A stretch of 29,594 nt of DNA from Chloroflexia bacterium (GTDB lineage: Bacteria > Chloroflexota > Chloroflexia > QHBQ01): assembly GCA_038239995.1 (NCBI GenBank), contig JBBSEE010000001.1:1-29594 (forward strand). The letters are read 5' to 3'. Shown here piece by piece: positions 23,840-29,594 of this stretch (its first letter is position 1; each line of letters begins with the position of its first letter). The translations under genes and the position numbers were made by a program. The notes below the pieces were generated by a model, which was not told the origin of the DNA, did no database searches, and saw only the letters and a program-made list of their open reading frames with translations.

Positions 23840-24211
23840 TTACTTCAGCCGCTTGACGATGTGCCAACCGTAGGGGCTGGTGCGGGGGTCGTAGTCAGCG
23901 ATGCCGATTTCGCCCACCGCGAGGGGGAAGCCGGTGTTGCCGAAGGCGGGCACCATCTTGTTGCGGGCATATTCGCCCTCAGCGGGGGTCACGCCGAGGT
24001 TGGACATCCCATAGATGCCGGGGTGGGAGTCGTTGGTGTGCTGCTTCACCAGTGCGTCAAAGTCCGCGCCGCTCTGCGCTTGGGCCAGCAGGTCGTAGGC
24101 GAGGGCGCGGGCCTGCTCCTTGTTGCGGCCTATCTTCTCGCCGGGGATGCTGCCATCGAAGGCGATGAGCAGGTGCTGCACCTCAATGTGTTCGGGTTCC
24201 GGGTTTGCCAT
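23840..24211 (-). CDS. Parvulin-type (PpiC) peptidyl-prolyl isomerase
   Basis: HLLI, DFDALVKQHTND, MVPAF, SPYGWHIVKR. AAGGAG SD. Confidence 0.88.
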   Translation of the reverse strand: MANPEPEHIEVQHLLIAFDGSIPGEKIGRNKEQARALAYDLLAQAQSGADFDALVKQHTNDSHPGIYGMSNLGVTPAEGEYARNKMVPAFGNTGFPLAVGEIGIADYDPRTSPYGWHIVKRLK

Positions 24212-24254
24212 GTGTGGGTTCGCTCCTTTCGGGTGATGGGGTGATTATACGCGA

Positions 24255-27200
24255 TTAGCTGCACCCGCTGGTCGCGCCGCAGCTATCGCACTTCAGGCAG
24301 GTGCCGTTACGCACCATGGTGAAGCAGGCGCATTCGGGGCAGGCTTCACCCTCGTAGCCCTTGATGCGGGCCTCGGCCAGTTGCACATCTTGGATTGACT
24401 GGGTGGAGGTATGGCCGGAGCGGGGCATGGCGTAGGCGACGGTACTGAGCAGCGGGTTGACCTCGGCACTGGCGTGGCCGTTACCGTTACCGTTGCTGTG
24501 GTTGTGCAGTGGGTCCATGTGCAACGACGGGGTGGCTGCCGCTGGGCCTGCGTTAATCATAATCGCGGTTGATGGCTCAAGCTGGCGCACCGCGTCGGGG
24601 CGGTTCTCCTCGGCATCGGGCGGCAGGTGGGCGAGGTCGAAGCGGTCGAGGTAGGAGATTGCCAGTTCGCGGAACACGTAGTCAATCACCGAGGTGCCCA
24701 TCTTGATGTGGTCGTTGCCTTGCACCATACCGGAAGGCTCGAAGCGGGTGTAGACGAAGGCATCGACGTACTCCTCCAGCGGCACGCCGTATTGCAAGCC
24801 GAGGCTGATGGCTATCGCAAAACAGTTCATTAGGCTGCGGAAGGCCGCGCCCTCCTTGTGCATATCAATGAATATCTCGCCCAGCCGACCGTCGGCGTAC
24901 TCTCCAGTGCGTAGATACAGCTTGTGGCCGCCGATGCGGGCCTTCTGGGTGTAGCCGCCACGACGGTTGGGCAGGCGGTCGCGCTGGGCTGCCGCCCGCT
25001 GCAATTGTTCGGCGGCTAGCCCGGCCAGCGCGTAGGTTTGGGCTACAGGAGTGGCCGCGGCTAGCTCCTCCTCGTCCTCCTCCTCATCTGCGCCCATGCT
25101 GTTCAGCGGCTGGCTCAGTTTGGAGCCGTCGCGGTAGAGGGCCACCGCCTTGAGCATCAGCTTCCAGCTTTGCAGGTGGGCATCCTCGACCTCGGCGATG
25201 GTGGCATGGTTGGGCATATTGATGGTCTTGGAAATCGCCCCGCTGATGAACGGCTGGGCAGCGGCCATCATCATCAGGTGGCTCTGGGGGCTGAGGTAGC
25301 GCACCCCATTCTTGCCGCAGCGATTGGCGCAATCGAACACCGCCAGATGCGTAGCCTTGAGGTGGGGCGCACCCTCGACCGTCATCGTGCCACATACGTA
25401 GTCGTTGGCGGCGGCAATGTCCGCCTTGCTGAAGCCCAGCGCGGACAAGAGGCTGCCGCTGCTGAGTTGCGCGTCGCTGAGGCCTAGCGTGGTATGGCAG
25501 AACTCCTCCCCTAGCGACCAGACCGAGAAGGCGAAGTCAAGCTCGAAGGCGGCCCCCAGCCCGGCCTCGACCCGCGCCAACGCCGCATCATCGAAGCCAC
25601 GTTCCTTTAGGGTGTCATGGTTGATGGCCGGTGCGCCCTTCAGGGTGGCGGTGCCAGTGGCGTAGCGCACGATGTCCTCGATTTGCGCCGTACTGTAGCC
25701 CAGTCGCCGCAACGCCGGGGGGACGCTCTGGTTGATAATCTTGAAGTAGCCGCCCCCCGCCAGTTTCTTGAACTTGACGAGAGCGAAGTCGGGTTCGATG
25801 CCGGTAGTGTCGCAATCCATTACTAGGCCGATAGTACCAGTCGGGGCTAGTACACTGACCTGTGCGTTGCGGTAGCCGTGCTGCTCACCCTTTGCTAGCG
25901 CATCGTCCCACGCTTGCTTGGCGGCGGCCAGCAAATCTGCCGGGCATTGTGCCGGGTCAATCCCCAGCGGGGTCACACTCAGGCCCTCGTAATCGGCGGT
26001 GGGGGAACTATAGGCGGCGCGGCGGTGGTTGCGGATGACGCGCAGCATCGGCTCTTTGTTCGCCTCGTAGCGGCTGAAGGGGCCAAGTTCGCCCGCGATT
26101 TCCGCCGAGGTCGCGTAGGCCACGCCGGTGAGGATGCTGGTCAACGCCCCACACAGGGCGATGCCGCGCGGCGAGTCGTATGGTACGCCCAATTGCATCA
26201 GCAACGCGCCGAGGTTGGCATAGCCGAGGCCGAGGGTGCGGTAATCGTAGCTGCGCTGGGCAATCTCCTTGGCAGGATACTGGGCCATCAGCACGCTAAT
26301 CTCCAGCACGGTGGTCCACAGGCGGATGACGTGTTCGTAGCGGGCGATGTCTACAGTCGCAGCTTGATTTTCGCCCATCATTGCCACTAGATTAACGCTT
26401 GCCAGATTACAAGCAGTATCATCTAGGAACATATATTCAGAGCATGGATTACTAGCATTTATAGGACCATCGTTGGCGCAGGTGTGCCACTCGTTGATGG
26501 TGGTGTCGAACTGAAGGCCGGGGTCGGCGGAGGCCCACGCGGCAGCGGCAATCTTCTCCCACAAGCTGCGGGCGGGCATCGTCTTGCTCACCTTGCCGTC
26601 GGTACGGCGGGTTAGCTGCCAATCCTTGCCCTGCTCCACCGCTTGGAGGAAGGCGTTGCTGACCCGCACGCTGTTGTTCGAGTTCTGCCCCGCTACGGTT
26701 AGATAGGCCTCGCTGTCCCAGTCCACGTTGTAGGTGGGGAAGTCGAAGCTATGGCCCTGCGTGGCGGCCTGCAAGGCCCGCTGTATCATCCCATCGGGGA
26801 CACCACTGCGCCTCGCCTCGCGCACCGCCCGCTTGTGTTCGCTCATCAACCCATCGCGTTCGCCGTTCAACCCCGCCGCGTTCGCCGCGCGGTAGGTGGC
26901 GATTACCTTGTCAAGCTGCTGGCGGCAGAGGCGGCTCCCCGCCACCAGCGCGGCCACCTTCTGCTCCTCGACTACCTTCCAGTTGATGAAGTTCTCGACG
27001 TCGGGGTGGTCAACGTTGACGATGACCATCTTGGCGGCGCGGCGAGTAGTGCCGCCCGACTTGATCGCCCCCGCGGCGCGGTCGCCGATACGCAGGAAGC
27101 TAATCAGCCCGCTGGATTTACCGCCACCGGAGAGCGGCTCATTCTCGCCGCGCAGGGCACTGAAATTGCTGCCCGTGTTGTGGATAGCGACCAAGCCAGT

Positions 27201-29285
27201 CTCGCCCGCAAGGTAGTTCGAGCTATTTGCCACCGTCATGTCATAGAAGTCGGGATTATCGGTGCATGGCTGCACCGAGGTGACGAAGGCCAGTGAACCG
27301 GCTACGCGGGTAAGAAACTCGGTGTCCGGCTCTGGTGCTTCCAGCAGGGCGGTGGCCCGTTCCAGCTTCAGGGGGTTAATCAGCCCGTTGTAATGGAGGC
27401 GGCCCAAGTGCAGGGTTTCGCCACCCACTGGCAGCTTCAGCCAATCACCTGCCCGATGCTGACCAAAGAGTTGCTCGGCCCACGCCTGCGACAGGGGCAT
27501 ACAGAACTTGCGCTCGTGGGGGGGTTGATAACCCAGCAGCTTTTCGCGACGGGAGGGGTGGGTAAGGTGATGGGCGAGGGCGGCACGTTGCTCCGGGCCA
27601 GCCGAGCGGTGCAGCACCGTGACCTTGACATGGTCCTTGCCCGCTATGTAGCCACCACCGATACCGTACAGCGAGGCTAGCACCGCCACATCTTTAGCAA
27701 ACTCGCGGCTAACCGTCGAGTAGATCGCCCGACCAGCGGCAAAATTGCCGTCTGAATCAATCAACCCTGCAAGGAAGGCAAGGGCAATCTCCCGCCCCCC
27801 TTCCCACACGAACGCGGGCATCCGTAGGGAGTAGGCTTTGCGCCCCGGCTGAGAGAGTTGGGCGAAGAAGGTAGTGACCTTGCGCCCCACGTAGCTGATG
27901 TGCTTGCCACGACTACCGCGCCCATCTTCTTGGATGGCCGAGCTTTCACCAAAGACCCGCGCGACAATCGCTTGCACCCGCTGTAGCGTCTCTTCCGTCT
28001 CATCGTGGAAGCGCAGCCGCAGGCCATCATACACGTAACGGCGGCCTTGCTTATTGGTGGTGGCGGGGCGAACCCGCCCCAAACTGCCATCCCCCATAAA
28101 ATACCCGCATAGCCATGCCAAATCTTCATCGATCGTGACTGTGTGAGGTTCGCGGTGGCCGAAGTAGGTAGTTTGATATTCAATCGTAGCGAGGCGGCTA
28201 GGGATCGCGGCGACCGCGGTTTGATTAGGCGCAAGCACGGCATCGCTGCGGCGTAGCTGGTCGGCACGGCGTTCGACAATCTGTTCGCCATCCCATACCA
28301 TGAAGGGGTGCCATGCGGATACAGTTGCCTTCGCCCCAGTGTCGAAGCTAACCGTGAGCTTGTCTTCAGACGATACATCGTATTGCCACACCTTCAACAC
28401 CCGGTCGAGGCTGTAGGCAGCGGTATCAGGGTCCATAGACAAGGTGAACACATCCGCATCTGCAACGTTGATATATTGCCCCCGGCCATCGAAGTCGTGA
28501 ATGGGGCGGCCCTCATCGCGGAAGCGGTTATACAGGTCGCGCAGCCGGACGAATCCCTGCCCCTGCACGTATACGCGGCTCTCGCCAGAGGTGCAGCCGC
28601 TGCCGTACTTGAATATACGTGCCTCCCGCACCCACAAGTCCATAATCCCGCCCTCGTTCACAAGGTCATCTTGGATTGACTGGATGAAGCAGGCGGAGGG
28701 TTGGGGGTGTTCGTAGGCCGAGGTGGAGCGCAGCAGTTCGCCCGTCTTGCCGTCGTTGTAGTAGTGGCCCTGCGCTGGGCCAGCGATGCCATAGGCCCAG
28801 TGCAGACCAGTGTTGAACCACTGCGGCGAGTTGGGAGCGGCATACTGCTTGGCGAGCATGAAGCACATCTCATCGTAGAAGGCCCGCGCATCATCCTCGC
28901 TGCTGAAGTAGCCGTGCTTCCAGCCCCAGTACGTCCAGCACCCCGCGAGGCGGTGGAACACTTGGCGGGAATCGGTCTCCGCGCTCTTGCGCTGGTCGGC
29001 GGGGAGGGCAGCCAGCTTGTCCTCATCCGGCTGGTTTCGCCACAGCCACGCCGGTACCCCCTTCTCGCGCATCGGCTTGAGCGCGGCGGCAATCCCTGCC
29101 TTGCGAAAATACTTTTGGGCAAGGATGTCGGTTGCCACCTGCGACCACGTATCCGGCACCATCACGTTCTCGGCAAGGAAGACGACGCTGCCGTCAGTGT
29201 TGCTGATTTTCGAGGTGCGCGGCACGAAGTTGATGCCAGCGTAGGGGTCTGCGCCCTTCTTGGTGAACAGGCGTTCAATTCTCAT
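24255..29285 (-). CDS. nrdJ: Class II (adenosylcobalamin-dependent) ribonucleotide reductase containing an intein
   Basis: [59 protein letters not shown]-terminal CPEC...CDSC...GCS. AAGGA SD before ATG 29285. Confidence 0.96.
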   Translation of the reverse strand: MRIERLFTKKGADPYAGINFVPRTSKISNTDGSVVFLAENVMVPDTWSQVATDILAQKYFRKAGIAAALKPMREKGVPAWLWRNQPDEDKLAALPADQRKSAETDSRQVFHRLAGCWTYWGWKHGYFSSEDDARAFYDEMCFMLAKQYAAPNSPQWFNTGLHWAYGIAGPAQGHYYNDGKTGELLRSTSAYEHPQPSACFIQSIQDDLVNEGGIMDLWVREARIFKYGSGCTSGESRVYVQGQGFVRLRDLYNRFRDEGRPIHDFDGRGQYINVADADVFTLSMDPDTAAYSLDRVLKVWQYDVSSEDKLTVSFDTGAKATVSAWHPFMVWDGEQIVERRADQLRRSDAVLAPNQTAVAAIPSRLATIEYQTTYFGHREPHTVTIDEDLAWLCGYFMGDGSLGRVRPATTNKQGRRYVYDGLRLRFHDETEETLQRVQAIVARVFGESSAIQEDGRGSRGKHISYVGRKVTTFFAQLSQPGRKAYSLRMPAFVWEGGREIALAFLAGLIDSDGNFAAGRAIYSTVSREFAKDVAVLASLYGIGGGYIAGKDHVKVTVLHRSAGPEQRAALAHHLTHPSRREKLLGYQPPHERKFCMPLSQAWAEQLFGQHRAGDWLKLPVGGETLHLGRLHYNGLINPLKLERATALLEAPEPDTEFLTRVAGSLAFVTSVQPCTDNPDFYDMTVANSSNYLAGETGLVAIHNTGSNFSALRGENEPLSGGGKSSGLISFLRIGDRAAGAIKSGGTTRRAAKMVIVNVDHPDVENFINWKVVEEQKVAALVAGSRLCRQQLDKVIATYRAANAAGLNGERDGLMSEHKRAVREARRSGVPDGMIQRALQAATQGHSFDFPTYNVDWDSEAYLTVAGQNSNNSVRVSNAFLQAVEQGKDWQLTRRTDGKVSKTMPARSLWEKIAAAAWASADPGLQFDTTINEWHTCANDGPINASNPCSEYMFLDDTACNLASVNLVAMMGENQAATVDIARYEHVIRLWTTVLEISVLMAQYPAKEIAQRSYDYRTLGLGYANLGALLMQLGVPYDSPRGIALCGALTSILTGVAYATSAEIAGELGPFSRYEANKEPMLRVIRNHRRAAYSSPTADYEGLSVTPLGIDPAQCPADLLAAAKQAWDDALAKGEQHGYRNAQVSVLAPTGTIGLVMDCDTTGIEPDFALVKFKKLAGGGYFKIINQSVPPALRRLGYSTAQIEDIVRYATGTATLKGAPAINHDTLKERGFDDAALARVEAGLGAAFELDFAFSVWSLGEEFCHTTLGLSDAQLSSGSLLSALGFSKADIAAANDYVCGTMTVEGAPHLKATHLAVFDCANRCGKNGVRYLSPQSHLMMMAAAQPFISGAISKTINMPNHATIAEVEDAHLQSWKLMLKAVALYRDGSKLSQPLNSMGADEEEDEEELAAATPVAQTYALAGLAAEQLQRAAAQRDRLPNRRGGYTQKARIGGHKLYLRTGEYADGRLGEIFIDMHKEGAAFRSLMNCFAIAISLGLQYGVPLEEYVDAFVYTRFEPSGMVQGNDHIKMGTSVIDYVFRELAISYLDRFDLAHLPPDAEENRPDAVRQLEPSTAIMINAGPAAATPSLHMDPLHNHSNGNGNGHASAEVNPLLSTVAYAMPRSGHTSTQSIQDVQLAEARIKGYEGEACPECACFTMVRNGTCLKCDSCGATSGCS
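27177..28595 (-). mobile_element. 473-aa intein with LAGLIDADG homing endonuclease in nrdJ
   Basis: KYGSG|CTSGESRV ... SAWHPF ... GYFMGDG ... LAGLIDSDG ... FYDMTV ... AIHN|TGSNFS. Removal restores FKYGSGTGSNFS. Confidence 0.94.
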
Positions 29286-29435
29286 GGCCGGTATTCCTTT
29301 CCACAATAAAGGTTGATAGTAGGGATGCGCCCGCACAGGGGCGCGATAATTAAAATCAGCGGCTACTGAGTTATGTAGCACCAGCCGCAACGCAGCTAGC
29401 CACCCCCATAAGATGGTGGGTGGCGGCAGTTTGGG

Positions 29436-29594
29436 TTAGCGTCGCCCCCGCTTCACGCTGGTGCGGCGAGGGGAGGAGCGGCGGGTTTCCTCGGCAGACG
29501 CGCCATTCGCCCCCGGCTTGGCCCCCTGCAATTGCTCCACCTCGGCGCGGAGACTTTCGATGTCGTGGAAGTCGCGGTAGACGCTGGCGAAGCG
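29436..29594 (-). CDS. nrdR: Transcriptional repressor NrdR, 3' end only (52 aa), absent from the ORF track
   Basis: My translation from 29594 reads RFASVYRDFHDIESLRAEVEQL...KRGRR*, the characteristic NrdR C-terminal motif, directly upstream of nrdJ. Confidence 0.88.
   Translation of the reverse strand, partial: RFASVYRDFHDIESLRAEVEQLQGAKPGANGASAEETRRSSPRRTSVKRGRR

Noticed and set aside
27761-28378. 205-aa alternative-frame ORF inside the intein
   Set aside because: No start signals or motifs; the main frame carries all intein and endonuclease blocks.
29286-29435. Cobalamin riboswitch upstream of nrdJ
   Set aside because: The spacer is only 150 nt and lacks recognisable B12-box motifs.
1-29594. 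Non-standard genetic code as the cause of several C-terminal read-throughs
   Set aside because: TAA, TAG and TGA all terminate conserved genes at expected positions; the extensions come from missing stops, not reassigned ones.

Overview
GC-rich bacterial chromosomal segment, probably Chloroflexota (inferred from gene repertoire and repeat style, not proven). Left to right: a two-component pair followed by an ankyrin / SDR / divergent QueA-like / NTF2 operon; tam; a leftward housekeeping run (acylphosphatase, FecR-like membrane protein, ugd, acpS, nnr, alr, pdp, hypothetical); a lower-GC two-gene islet (beta-propeller lipoprotein plus an M23-LGFP-SLH protein with a frameshift); a queuosine-related run (tgt, csp, YitT, queG); an aldehyde dehydrogenase; a parvulin; and a class II ribonucleotide reductase with a LAGLIDADG intein, preceded by the 3' end of nrdR, which the ORF track missed. 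Intergenic DNA carries at least 13 GTAG-type REP hairpins, three families of miniature inverted-repeat elements (two with visible 7-bp flanking direct repeats and an internal REP), and heptamer arrays just after stop codons. The most notable signals are a 120-bp A/T-ending-codon patch exactly over the NrdJ active site, the QueA-like operon with a candidate regulator box, and the REP-carrying MITEs that alter gene ends. No rRNA, tRNA, CRISPR array or transposase was seen. All calls come from manual motif reading; no database searches were run.
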